Shown here in pieces: positions 50,892-60,368 of a stretch of DNA of 64,000 nt. Position numbers and translations under genes: made by a program. Positions within the stretch are counted from its first letter, which is position 1; every line of letters starts with the position of its first letter. Origin of the DNA: Myxococcota bacterium (GTDB taxonomy: Bacteria; Myxococcota_A; UBA9160; UBA4427). The notes below the pieces were generated by a model. It had not been told where the DNA came from. It ran no database searches and worked only from the letters and a program-made list of their open reading frames with translations. Location: assembly GCA_965250285.1 (NCBI GenBank), contig OZ252299.1:5408001-5472000 (forward strand), in the 5' to 3' direction.

Positions 50892-53800
50892 GTGTTCTCT
50901 CGGTTCTTCATCGAGCGACCGATCTTCGCGACGGTGCTGGCCATCGTCATCGTGCTCGCGGGTCTGATCGCGCTGCCGACGCTGCCGATCGCGCAGTACC
51001 CCGAGATCACGCCGCCGACGGTGGCCGTGTCGACGGTGTACCCGGGCGCCAACGCCCAGGTCGTCGCCGAGACGGTGGCCGCGCCGATCGAGCAGGAGGT
51101 GAACGGCGTCGAGAACATGATCTACATGTCCTCGACGAGCGCGAACGATGGCTCGTACAACCTGACCGTCACGTTCGAGGTCGGCACCGATCTCGACATG
51201 GCGCAGGTGCTCGTGCAGAACCGCGTCGCCATCGCGCAGCCGAAGCTGCCCGAAGAGGTGAAGCGCCAGGGCGTCAGCACGAACAAGAAGTCGACGAGCA
51301 TCGTGCTGCTCATCTCGCTCACGGCGCCGCCCGACAGTGCCTACGACTCGCTCTACCTGTCGAACTTCGCGACGCTTCGGCTCGTCGATACGCTGAAGCG
51401 CATCAAGGGCGTCGGGGACGTGTCGATCTTCGGCGGCGCCGATTACAGCATGCGCATCTGGATCGACCCGAACCGGCTGCGCGCCCGCGATCTGACGACC
51501 GACGACGTCGTCAACGCGATCCGCGAGCAGAACGTGCAGGTCGCTGCGGGGCAGCTCGGTCAGCCGCCGGCGCCGACGGGCACGCCGTTTCAGTACACGA
51601 TCAACAGCCTCGGGCGGCTCGAGAGCGTCGAGCAGTTCGAAGACATCATCATCAAGACCGGCGACGAAGGGCAGATTCTAAGGCTCAAGGACGTCGCCCG
51701 GGTCGAGCTCGGCGGCGAGACGTATACGCAGTACGCGACGCTGAACGGGCAGCCGACGGCCGCCGTCGCCATCTATCAGCTGCCCGGTGCGAACGCCCTC
51801 GATCTCGCGAAGCGCATCCGCGAGACGATGGGCGAGCTCGAGACGTCGTTCCCCGCCGGCATCGAGTGGCGGATCCCCTTCGATACCACCCGTGCCGTCG
51901 AGGCCTCGATCGCCGAGGTCTACGAGACGCTCTTCATCGCCATTCTGCTCGTGTTCATCACGATCTACGTCTTCTTGCAGGATTGGCGGGCGACGCTCAT
52001 TCCGGCCATCACGATCCCCGTGTCGCTCGTCGGCACGTTCGCGCTGATGGCCGCGCTCGGCTTCTCGATCAACATGCTGACCCTCTTCGGGTTGGTGCTG
52101 GCGATCGGCATCGTCGTCGACGACGCGATCGTGGTGGTCGAGAACGTGACGCGCCTGATGGACGAGCAGGGTCTGTCTTCGAAGCAGGCTGCCATTCAGG
52201 CGATGGAAGAGGTCGGCGGCCCCGTCGTCGCCACCACCCTGGTGCTGCTCGCCGTGTTCGTGCCCGCCGCGTTCAGCGGTGGGATCACCGGCGCGCTCAA
52301 TCAGCAGTTCGCGCTCACGATCGCCGCCGCCACCGTCATCAGCTCGATCAACGCGCTGACCCTCAGCCCCGCGATGTCGGCGATCTTGCTGCGGCCGATG
52401 AAGCTCACTGACAAGGGCGCATTCGGCGTGTTCAACCGGCAATTCGATCGCGCGACGACGAGCTACGTGACGGTCGTCGGCCTGGCCGTGCGGCGCACCG
52501 GCATCGCGATGGTGCTCTTCGCGCTGATCACGCTCGCGTCGGCCTGGGGCTTCACGCGGTTGCCGACCGGCTTCTTGCCCACCGAAGACCAGGGCTACTT
52601 CTTTGCGCAGGCCCAGCTGCCCGACGCCGCCTCGCTCGAGCGCACCGGCGAAGTCGCGAAGATGATGGACGAGATCTATCAGTCGACGCCCGGCGTGCGC
52701 GACGCCGTGACCATCGTCGGCTACTCGATCATCGACGGCGCGAACCTCTCGAACGTCGCGATGTCGTTCATCGTGATGGACCCGTGGGACGAACGCACCG
52801 AGCCCCAGCTCAGCCAGGAGGCGATCGTCGGCCGCGTGCAGATGGGCCTTCTGGGCATTCAAGAGGCGATCGGCTTCACGTTCGTGCCGCCGGCCATCAA
52901 CGGCCTCGGCGTATCGGGCGGCTTTCAGATGCAGCTGCAGGATCGCATGGGCGTTGGCTTCGACACGCTGCAGGCCATGGCCGACGAGCTCGTCGTCGAC
53001 GGCGACGCCCAGGCCGGGCTGCAGCGCCTGAACACGACTTTTCGCTCGCGCGTGCCCCAGATGTTCGCCGACGTCGACCGCACGAAGGTGAAAGCGCTCG
53101 GTGTGCCGCTGAGCGACGTGTTCGGCACGCTGCAGGCGGCGCTCGGCTCGGCTTACGTGAACGACTTCAACCGTTTTGGGCGCACCTACAAGGTGACGTT
53201 GCAGAGCGACGCTCCGCATCGCCAGACCGCGGCCGACGTGGCGCGGCTGCAGGTGCGCAAGCCCGACGGCACGATGGTGCCGATCGGCACCGTGATCGAG
53301 ATGGACGAGACGTTCGGCCCGCAGATCATCACGCGATACAACCTCTACCCGTCGGCGACCATCAACGGCGCCGCCGCGCCCGGCTTCAGCTCGGGCCAGG
53401 CCCTCAACCTCATGGAGGACATGGCCGACCGCAAGCTGCCCAACACCATGGGCTACGAGTGGACGGGCATGTCGTATCAAGAGAAGCAGATCGGCGGCGA
53501 AGCCGTCGCGCTGTTCGCCCTGGCCGCGCTGCTCGTCTTTCTCGTGCTCGCCGCCCAATACGAGAGCTGGACAGCGCCCGCCGCCGTCGTGTTCGCCGTA
53601 CCGCTCGGCCTGCTCGGCGCCGTGGTGGCGGTGGCGCTGCGCGGGCTCGAGAACGACGTCTACATGCAGATCGGCCTGGTGCTGCTCGTGGCGCTCGCGA
53701 GCAAGAACGCGATCTTGATCGTCGAGTTCGCCCGCGAGCTGCGCGCGGGCGGCAAGCCCGTGCTCGAGGCGGCCGTCGAGGCGTGTCGACTGCGGTTCAG

Positions 53801-54044
53801 GCCGATCCTGATGACGGCCTTCTCGTTCGTGCTCGGCGTGCTGCCGCTCGTCGTCGCAAGCGGCGCCGGCGGCGCGTCGCGGCGCTCGCTCGGCACGGTG
53901 GTGCTCGGCGGCCAGCTCGCGGCGACGATCATCGCCGTGGTGCTCGTGCCTGTCTTCTTCGTGGTGTTCCAGCGGCTCAGCGACCGGTTCGCGAGCGACG
54001 ACCCCGCGCCGCCGACGTCGACCGACCCCGGTCCGACCGCCTAG
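50892..54044 (+). CDS. RND efflux permease (HAE1/AcrB family)
   Basis: FFIERPIFA, AQYPEITPP, GIVVDDAIVVVENV, KNAILIVEFA, RFRPILMT. Confidence 0.96.
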   Translation: MFSRFFIERPIFATVLAIVIVLAGLIALPTLPIAQYPEITPPTVAVSTVYPGANAQVVAETVAAPIEQEVNGVENMIYMSSTSANDGSYNLTVTFEVGTDLDMAQVLVQNRVAIAQPKLPEEVKRQGVSTNKKSTSIVLLISLTAPPDSAYDSLYLSNFATLRLVDTLKRIKGVGDVSIFGGADYSMRIWIDPNRLRARDLTTDDVVNAIREQNVQVAAGQLGQPPAPTGTPFQYTINSLGRLESVEQFEDIIIKTGDEGQILRLKDVARVELGGETYTQYATLNGQPTAAVAIYQLPGANALDLAKRIRETMGELETSFPAGIEWRIPFDTTRAVEASIAEVYETLFIAILLVFITIYVFLQDWRATLIPAITIPVSLVGTFALMAALGFSINMLTLFGLVLAIGIVVDDAIVVVENVTRLMDEQGLSSKQAAIQAMEEVGGPVVATTLVLLAVFVPAAFSGGITGALNQQFALTIAAATVISSINALTLSPAMSAILLRPMKLTDKGAFGVFNRQFDRATTSYVTVVGLAVRRTGIAMVLFALITLASAWGFTRLPTGFLPTEDQGYFFAQAQLPDAASLERTGEVAKMMDEIYQSTPGVRDAVTIVGYSIIDGANLSNVAMSFIVMDPWDERTEPQLSQEAIVGRVQMGLLGIQEAIGFTFVPPAINGLGVSGGFQMQLQDRMGVGFDTLQAMADELVVDGDAQAGLQRLNTTFRSRVPQMFADVDRTKVKALGVPLSDVFGTLQAALGSAYVNDFNRFGRTYKVTLQSDAPHRQTAADVARLQVRKPDGTMVPIGTVIEMDETFGPQIITRYNLYPSATINGAAAPGFSSGQALNLMEDMADRKLPNTMGYEWTGMSYQEKQIGGEAVALFALAALLVFLVLAAQYESWTAPAAVVFAVPLGLLGAVVAVALRGLENDVYMQIGLVLLVALASKNAILIVEFARELRAGGKPVLEAAVEACRLRFRPILMTAFSFVLGVLPLVVASGAGGASRRSLGTVVLGGQLAATIIAVVLVPVFFVVFQRLSDRFASDDPAPPTSTDPGPTA

Positions 54045-54469
54045 TCGGCCTTCGGCGCCACCCGCCGAATGACGCGCAGCCGCGCCTCGGCGCTCGCGAT
54101 GTGCGTGCCGCCCGCGTCGAAGAGCTCGCCCGTCGACCGCACGTCGCGTCCTTCGAACGACACGATCTGGCCCCGACCGATCAGCTTGCCCGCCTTCGCG
54201 GGCGCGTGATAGTGGACCGAGAGCTCGGCGTGCACCGCCGCCTGGTCGGCGGCGATGGCCTCGTTCGCCACGATGCCCGTCACCGAGTCGAGCATGCTCG
54301 AGATCATGCCACCGGCGAGGGTGCCGATGCGGTTCAAGAACTCGGGCTTGGCCGTGTACTCGATCTCGACCGTGCGGCGCTCGCGGTTCGAGTCGAGGAT
54401 GCGCGTGCCCATCAGCTGGCCGTAGGGCGAGTGGGGCGACTTCGAGTAGGCAGTCGGTTCTGATGACAT
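54041..54469 (-). CDS. PaaI-family hot-dog thioesterase
   Basis: FLNRIGTLAGGMISSMLDSVTG...ELSVHYHAP. Confidence 0.82.
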   Translation of the reverse strand: MSSEPTAYSKSPHSPYGQLMGTRILDSNRERRTVEIEYTAKPEFLNRIGTLAGGMISSMLDSVTGIVANEAIAADQAAVHAELSVHYHAPAKAGKLIGRGQIVSFEGRDVRSTGELFDAGGTHIASAEARLRVIRRVAPKAD

Positions 54470-54776
54470 GGCGACCGTCGATGATGCGCGCGATGCCGCG
54501 CCCGCACAACGTCGCCCTCCCCGGGGCTCGCAGGTCACCCGCCCCGAGCGGGCAGGGCGCACGCCCCGCGGTCGCCCGCCGCCATGACCGCACACCGTCG
54601 CGCGGCGCGAGACGCCGACCGCCCACGCGAGGCCGGCACGCGTCATCGACGGACGGTGCCCACGGTCGCCTGGCCAACCTAGCCTCGCGACGGCGCGGCT
54701 TCTCGGAGCCCACCGATCCCGCCCCGCCATCGTCGCCTCACCGCCTTCATCCCCCGGCTCGAGGAGCCCTGCCATC

Positions 54777-55781
54777 GTGGCTGACCCCGAAGAGGGCCGC
54801 CGAACCCCCCGCGCCGCCCCGCCCGGCGCCCGCCTGCTCGATCGCCTGCGCGCTGCCTGTCGGCTTCGACACATGAGCCTGCGCACCGAGCAGGCGTACG
54901 TCGGCTGGGTGAAGCGCTATCTGCACTTTCACGATCTGACGCACCCCGACGAGATGGGTGCGGCCGAGGTCGTCGCTTTTCTGAGCGACCTGGCCGTGCG
55001 CCGCGAGGTCGCCGCCTCGACTCAGAACCAGGCCCGCGCCGCGCTCGTGTTTCTGTATGAGGAGGTGCTGGGCCGCGACCTCGAAGGCCTCGACGCCGCC
55101 GTGCGCGCTCGCACTCCCGTGCGCCTGCCCGTGGTGCTCGACCGCGACGAAGTGCGCGCCCTGCTCGCCGCCCTCGAAGGCGAGCACGCGCTCATCGCCC
55201 GGCTCTTGTATGGGTCGGGCCTGCGCATCTTCGAGTGCCTGCGCCTGCGCGTGAAGGACATCGACGCCGCCCGAAGGCAGATCGTCGTGCGCTCAGGCAA
55301 GGGCGACCGCGATCGCGCGACGCTCTTCGCCCGCTCGCTCGAAGAGCCCATCGCCGCCCAGCTCGTACAAGCCCGCGCCCTCTACGAGGACGACCGAAGA
55401 CGCGGCCTCCCCGGCGTCTCACTGCCCACGGCCCTCGCCCGCAAGTACCCGAACGAGAACCTCTCGTGGGGCTGGCAATGGCTCTTCCCCTCCCGCCGCG
55501 TCTCGACCGACCCCCGCACCCGCCGCCCCCACCGTCACCACCGCCACGTGAGCGGCCCCCAACGCGCCATCCGCCTCGCCGCCCGCAAAGCCGGCATCGA
55601 GAAACGCGTCACCGCCCACACCCTGCGCCACTCGTTCGCCACCCACCTGCTCGAATCAGGCTCGGACATCCGCACTGTGCAGGCCCTGCTCGGCCACCGC
55701 GACCTCAAGACCACGATGATCTACACCCACGTCCTCGACCGAGGCCCGATGGGCGTCCGCAGCCCCGCCGACGACCTGTGA
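54777..55781 (+). CDS. intI: Integron integrase
   Basis: [33 protein letters not shown], integron-specific ALARKYP...[23 protein letters not shown]...TTMIYTH; catalytic residues intact. Confidence 0.97.
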   Translation: MADPEEGRRTPRAAPPGARLLDRLRAACRLRHMSLRTEQAYVGWVKRYLHFHDLTHPDEMGAAEVVAFLSDLAVRREVAASTQNQARAALVFLYEEVLGRDLEGLDAAVRARTPVRLPVVLDRDEVRALLAALEGEHALIARLLYGSGLRIFECLRLRVKDIDAARRQIVVRSGKGDRDRATLFARSLEEPIAAQLVQARALYEDDRRRGLPGVSLPTALARKYPNENLSWGWQWLFPSRRVSTDPRTRRPHRHHRHVSGPQRAIRLAARKAGIEKRVTAHTLRHSFATHLLESGSDIRTVQALLGHRDLKTTMIYTHVLDRGPMGVRSPADDL

Positions 55782-55974
55782 CCCACCCCCAGCGATCGCC
55801 CCGCCACCTACTCGCAGCCCCCCAGCCACATCATTCCCTTACGCAGCACCATGCGTCGTTTACGACCTATCGCGACATCGGCGCAATGAAGCCAAGTCGG
55901 CGGATTCGTGGGGGATTGAGCGAGGAGCCCCGCTCAGTCGCTAGATTATGAAGCGAAGCCCAGCGGCGGGCGCT

Positions 55975-55996
55975 GGGTGGTCAATATTAGTTAGGC
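55975..55996 (+). other. attI site (core GTTAGGC 55990-55996)
   Basis: GTTAGGCCGCGTA here is the exact reverse complement of TACGCGGCCTAAC ending cassette 1; no attC upstream. Confidence 0.8.
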
Positions 55997-56034
55997 CGCG
56001 TAACCCGGCGCTTGAGCGTGGTTGTCCAACGGGC

Positions 56035-56460
56035 ATGCTTCGGGCCTTCGGTCGATCTCTTCTTTGGCTGTTTGCCGCTATCGGTGTCGGCGCGGTTTCC
56101 CTGTCGGCGTACTCCGTCTCTGGCAGAGTTGTCTGCAGGCTCGAAGACCGCGTCTCTGCCCAACTCTTGCAACTGATGTCCGCCCTCGAGTTCTATCGGC
56201 TCGATAATGGTCGGTTTCCAACAACGGAGCAGGGCCTCGAAGCTTTGCTGTCGAGACCGGCGGCTGGTCCCCAGCCCGAATCGTACCCCGAAGGTGGGTA
56301 TCTCGGTGAACGTGCCTTGATATGTGACCCATGGGGCGAGCCAGTTCGTTACTCACACGAGAGCGACTCACTTGTGCTTGTTTCGATCGGTGGTCCGGAA
56401 TGCATATGCGAACACGCTACGCGGCCTAACAAGCCGTTGCAGCGGACTTGCTCCCGCTGA
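56035..56460 (+). CDS. Cassette 1: GspG-like (T2SS pseudopilin G domain) protein
   Basis: ALEFYRLDNGRFPTTEQGLEALL...GGYL...DPWGEPVRY; no GFTLxE prepilin motif. Confidence 0.75.
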   Translation: MLRAFGRSLLWLFAAIGVGAVSLSAYSVSGRVVCRLEDRVSAQLLQLMSALEFYRLDNGRFPTTEQGLEALLSRPAAGPQPESYPEGGYLGERALICDPWGEPVRYSHESDSLVLVSIGGPECICEHATRPNKPLQRTCSR

Positions 56461-56554
56461 GGCGATATCGGGTCGTGGTAGAATGTCGGCTACCCGAGGC
56501 GTTCAGCCGCTGCGAGCAAGGTCGCCGCAAGCCGCTGAACGCCGACCGTTAGGC
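56424..56554 (+). repeat. attC 1
   Basis: GCCTAAC AAGCCGTTGCAGCGGAC...GCCGCTGAACGCCGACC GTTAGGC. Confidence 0.93.
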
Positions 56555-56602
56555 AGCGTTCCAGTCAGAGTCATGGTCTTCGGTGCAGCCTGAGATGACG
56601 CA

Positions 56603-56818
56603 GTGACGAAGCGGAATCTGATCGCGATCGCTTCCGTCCTGTTCCCCGCTATGGCAGTTGCTGGCTGCGTCGATCTCGTACTTCCCATCGAGATCGTCGA
56701 TTTCGGTGCAGGAATCGCAGGTGACCGTCCTCTTGCGAAGTGGGTCCCTTACTTCGCCATCGCACTTGGCGGTACGTTCGGAAGCTGGGCGCTATGGAGC
56801 CGCCTGCCTCCCGACTAG
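56603..56818 (+). CDS. Cassette 2: small 2-TM protein
   Basis: 71 aa with two hydrophobic segments; fills the cassette. Confidence 0.6.
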   Translation: MTKRNLIAIASVLFPAMAVAGCVDLVLPIEIVDFGAGIAGDRPLAKWVPYFAIALGGTFGSWALWSRLPPD

Positions 56819-56851
56819 CTGACAGCTATTCGTGTCGCGAGGCTCCACGCT

Positions 56852-56982
56852 GCCTAACAAGCCGTTGCAGCGGACTTGCTACCGCTGAGGCGATATCGGG
56901 TCGTGGTAGAATGGCCGGCGTCCGAGGCGTTCAGTCGCTGCGAGCAAGGCCGCCGCAAGCCGCTGAACGCCGACCGTTAGGC
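56852..56982 (+). repeat. attC 2
   Basis: Same family, 131 bp. Confidence 0.93.
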
Positions 56983-56990
56983 GGCGTGCC

Positions 56991-57275
56991 GTGATCACGA
57001 GGTACTCGGTCGCAGCTCTGGCAGCCGTCGCTGTCACGGGCTCCGCGTTCTGGTTCGGCTCGTCGTTGCTCGACCGCGAAGCAGCGGCGCATTGCCCCAA
57101 GAACGACCTATACGAACTCTCGAAGCGCAGCCGATCGGAATGCCGAGTCGCCCATTCGCGCGACTGTAGTTCCTCCTGCGAGCTGGTCATGACCGATGTC
57201 TATGCGGCCGACTGCAGCAGCTCCATGTTCGTTGAGGTGTGCGTTCCGTCGAGCGAGCTTTCTGCGTTCCGATGA
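56991..57275 (+). CDS. Cassette 3: small Cys-rich exported protein
   Basis: N-terminal hydrophobic helix, 6 Cys; duplicated as cassette 7. Confidence 0.65.
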   Translation: MITRYSVAALAAVAVTGSAFWFGSSLLDREAAAHCPKNDLYELSKRSRSECRVAHSRDCSSSCELVMTDVYAADCSSSMFVEVCVPSSELSAFR

Positions 57276-57306
57276 GTTGCTCAAGCGAAATGGCGTGCCA
57301 GACGCC

Positions 57307-57437
57307 GCCTAACAAGCCGTTGCAGCGGACTTGCTGACGCTGAGGCGTTGTCGGGTCGTGATAGAATCACGGACATCCGAGGCATTCAGTCGCTGCGAGC
57401 AAGGCCGCCGCAAGCCGCTGAACGCCGACCGTTAGAC
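57307..57437 (+). repeat. attC 3
   Basis: Same family, 131 bp. Confidence 0.93.
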
Positions 57438-57459
57438 CGCCAGAGCACAGGAGGCGCGC

Positions 57460-58077
57460 GTGGCAAAGCTCAAGGACAAGGTGCTTGAGATCGCCGGAAT
57501 TGCGAAAGAGTGCCCGGAGAATCTCCAGGCGATTTGCTTCGAGTTGCTGCTTCGGCACCACCTCGACTCGCTCGCGCCGCGATCGCCGAAGCCAACGCCA
57601 CAGGCGACACCTGAGCCCGAGACTCCTAAGGAAGAGAAGAAGCAGACGGTCGAAGAGGCGGCTTCTTCTCAAGACGATCTCTCGGAGACAGATCTCCACG
57701 TCAAGGTCCGTCGGTTCATGGAGAAGTACGCACTATCGATAGAAGACTTGAGCAACCTCTTCTACAAGGAAGATGGAGAAGTGCTCCCGTTGTACGAGGA
57801 TTTGAAGACAACGAGGCTCGCTGAGGGGCAGGTTCGAATCGCACTTCTGCAGGCGCTGCATTCGGCGATCTCGCACGGCGAATTCTCTTGCCAGGTCGAA
57901 GCTGTCCGAGCGGAGTGCAAAGACCGAAAGTGCTACGACCAGAACAACTTCGGCAGCAACTTCACCAAGAACGCAGTTCTTTTCGACTTCGACAAGTACG
58001 GCAAGTCGGTGAAGACGATCAAGCTGTCTGAGGATGGTCGAAAAGAACTTGCGGCAGTCGCCAAAGAGCTTCAGTGA
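57460..58077 (+). CDS. Cassette 4 gene A: hypothetical protein with possible C-terminal winged helix
   Basis: AGGAGG RBS; 205 aa ending NFGSNFTKN...IKLSEDGRKEL. Confidence 0.75.
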   Translation: MAKLKDKVLEIAGIAKECPENLQAICFELLLRHHLDSLAPRSPKPTPQATPEPETPKEEKKQTVEEAASSQDDLSETDLHVKVRRFMEKYALSIEDLSNLFYKEDGEVLPLYEDLKTTRLAEGQVRIALLQALHSAISHGEFSCQVEAVRAECKDRKCYDQNNFGSNFTKNAVLFDFDKYGKSVKTIKLSEDGRKELAAVAKELQ

Positions 58078-58083
58078 GCACGC

Positions 58084-58905
58084 GTGGACGCGACTCTCAA
58101 GACATTCCACGATGATCTGAAGGCGCTCAAGCGGGATCTCAAAGCTGAAGAGAATCCACGGGTTGCCAAGAAGGGCCTACGCGAACGCGCTGAGGAACTC
58201 GGGTCACGGTGGTTCAGCGAGCTGGCGCCTGGCCTTTCAAAACTGGGGTTCTCGGCTGAACTCGTCGAGAAGTACTCCGCTGCCTGCGCGCGACTAATCA
58301 AACTCAGCGCCCCAAACAACCTGAAGAAGAGCTACCTCGAGTCCATCGATGTACTCGTCAAGCCTATGCGCGACGAGCTGATTCTTCCGATCAAGTCCGG
58401 CGTCGTATCCAGCCAAGCGGTCTCTCCCTTCAATGAGTTCGTCGCCAACCTTGAAGCCGCTGAAGAGAGCGCCTATTTCCAAGAGTCGATCGATTGTGCC
58501 AAGAGCGGCTACCTACGCGCGGCGGCAGTCCTAGGCTGGTGCGCTGCGGTCGATCGAATTCATCGCAAGATTGAGGCAGATGGGTTCTCAGTCTTCAATG
58601 TGGCATCTGCCCAAATGGCAAGTCAAAAGAAGGGCCGCTACAAGCGATTCAACCAGACGCAGAACGTCACCTCAATCAGCGAGCTCCGTGAGGTCTTCGA
58701 TACCACGATCCTTTGGGTCATCGAAGGCATGGGGTTGATTGATTCGAACCAGCACACTCGACTCCGAAGCTGCTTCGAGATGCGCTGCCACTCTGCCCAC
58801 CCAGGCGACGCGCCGATCACTGAGTACAACCTGCTCTCGTTCTTCTCCGATCTGCAACAGATCGTCCTAGAGAATCCGTCCTTCGAAATCCCGACCGATA
58901 GCTAG
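58084..58905 (+). CDS. Cassette 4 gene B: HEPN-like domain protein
   Basis: YFQESIDCAKSGYLRAAAVLGW and Rx4H motif RCHSAHP. Confidence 0.72.
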   Translation: MDATLKTFHDDLKALKRDLKAEENPRVAKKGLRERAEELGSRWFSELAPGLSKLGFSAELVEKYSAACARLIKLSAPNNLKKSYLESIDVLVKPMRDELILPIKSGVVSSQAVSPFNEFVANLEAAEESAYFQESIDCAKSGYLRAAAVLGWCAAVDRIHRKIEADGFSVFNVASAQMASQKKGRYKRFNQTQNVTSISELREVFDTTILWVIEGMGLIDSNQHTRLRSCFEMRCHSAHPGDAPITEYNLLSFFSDLQQIVLENPSFEIPTDS

Positions 58906-58915
58906 GCGTCTGGCG

Positions 58916-59045
58916 GTCTAACAAGCCGTTGCAGCGGACGTGGCAACGCTGTGCCGATATCGCTCGTGGTAGAATCACGGAGTCCCAGGCTTCGGCCGGC
59001 GCGGTGCAAGGTTGTGCCACGCCGCTGAACGCCGATCCGTTAGGC
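58916..59045 (+). repeat. attC 4 (divergent centre)
   Basis: GTCTAAC...GTTAGGC, 130 bp. Confidence 0.92.
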
Positions 59046-59320
59046 CGCGTGGCACAAGGCCCTCTAGTTGCTGGGTGCCGATTCCTGCCCACCGCCTTCT
59101 CGAACCCGGCAGCTCGTTGCGAGCTCGCTAGCTAGTTGACCTGCTCGCTTCGCCCTTAGGTCACTCCCGACAGATCGCATGCGACGCATCGCCAAAGTGG
59201 CCACAACCGGCTCTCTGGGGCGAGCTTCGCCTTCGGTCTGCTCGATCCAACTCGACTGCCGAATCCCATCTTGGCAGGGGGTAGGGCGGTAGAGGGTCTG
59301 CTCTTCGCACGCGGTCTAAC
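59039..59320 (+). other. Cassette 5: gene-less cassette family, copy 1
   Basis: 282 bp; homologous to the units at 61354, 62771 and 63722; no conserved long ORF. Confidence 0.88.
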
Positions 59321-59444
59321 AAGCCGTTGCAGCGGACTTGCTACCGCTGAGGCGCTTTCGGTTCTTGGTAGAATCTCGGGCGTCCGAGGCGTTCAGCCGC
59401 TGCGAGCAAGGCCGCCGCAAGCCGCTGAACGCCGACCGTTAGAT
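59314..59444 (+). repeat. attC 5
   Basis: GTCTAAC...GTTAGAT, 131 bp. Confidence 0.93.
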
Positions 59445-59806
59445 GGCGGAGACGCGAGATAGGACGTTACAAGTTCAAGCTTGGCCAGAAGCCACGACGA
59501 AAGCGCCGGTTAGATTCCGGGCGTACGCGCATTCGTCGAGGTGGCGATCCGACGGCAGCAGGAAGAGAGCGGGGCGATCCGATTTCTCCCGAAGAGCGTT
59601 GGGTTCCGAGCTTCGACGACGTAATTGCAGCATTGGTCGTCATTTCGCTGATCACATTCTTCATTGCCGCGTTCTGTTCTCTTGGCCACTGTTCATGTGC
59701 GGGGCTGAGTGCTTACTCGAACTCTCGAGTGAGTCTCGTCACTCCGTTGCCCCTGCAGATTCGCCCGCCATCTAACAAGGCGTTGCAGCGGACTTGCTTA
59801 GGCTGA
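59443..59806 (+). CDS. Cassette 6: hypothetical protein, frame ambiguous (ATG 59443-59775 or ATA 59459-59806)
   Basis: Two overlapping stop-free frames; the second has a GGAG RBS and a TM helix. Confidence 0.4.
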
Positions 59807-59900
59807 GGCGATATCGGGTCGTGGTAGACTGCCGGGTGTCCGAGGCATTCAGCCGCTGCGAGCTAGGTCGCCGCAAGCCGCTGAACGCCGACCGTTAGGC
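59770..59900 (+). repeat. attC 6
   Basis: ATCTAAC...GTTAGGC, 131 bp. Confidence 0.93.
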
Positions 59901-59908
59901 GGCGTGCC

Positions 59909-60193
59909 GTGATCACGAGGTACTCGGTCGCAGCTCTGGCAGCCGTCGCTGTCACGGGCTCCGCGTTCTGGTTCGGCTCGTCGTTGCTCGACCGCGAAGC
60001 AGCGGCGCATTGCCCCAAGAACGACCTATACGAACTCTCGAAGCGCAGCCGATCGGAATGCCGAGTCGCCCATTCGCGCGACTGTAGTTCCTCCTGCGAG
60101 CTGGTCATGACCGACGTCTATGCGGCCGACTGCAGCAGCTCCATGTTCGTTGAGGTGTGCGTTCCGTCGAGCGAGCTTTCTGCGTTCCGATGA
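59909..60193 (+). CDS. Cassette 7: duplicate of cassette 3
   Basis: Identical 94-aa protein. Confidence 0.65.
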   Translation: MITRYSVAALAAVAVTGSAFWFGSSLLDREAAAHCPKNDLYELSKRSRSECRVAHSRDCSSSCELVMTDVYAADCSSSMFVEVCVPSSELSAFR

Positions 60194-60224
60194 GTTGCTC
60201 AAGCGAAATGGCGTGCCAGACGCC

Positions 60225-60355
60225 GCCTAACAAGCCGTTGCAGCGGACTTGCTGACGCTGAGGCGTTGTCGGGTCGTGATAGAATCACGGACATCCGAGG
60301 CATTCAGTCGCTGCGAGCAAGGCCGCCGCAAGCCGCTGAACGCCGACCGTTAGGC
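60225..60355 (+). repeat. attC 7 (same as attC 3 up to the crossover)
   Basis: 131 bp. Confidence 0.93.
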
Positions 60356-60368
60356 AGCGGAAGCGGCA

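Noticed and set aside
51678..54713. Long antisense or alternative-frame ORFs (also 9998-12154, 14813-17233, 24001-26271, 40040-42265, 44987-47116, 46773-48938)
   Set aside because: Shadows of real genes in high-GC DNA; Arg/Ala-rich with no recognisable motifs.
54470..54776. LexA box or clear promoter for intI
   Set aside because: No CTGT-N8-ACAG or convincing -10 seen; the LexA motif of this lineage may differ.
59049..59070. Sigma54 promoter at TGGCAC in the repeated cassette
   Set aside because: No TTGC at the -12 position (reads TGGCACAAGGCCCTC).
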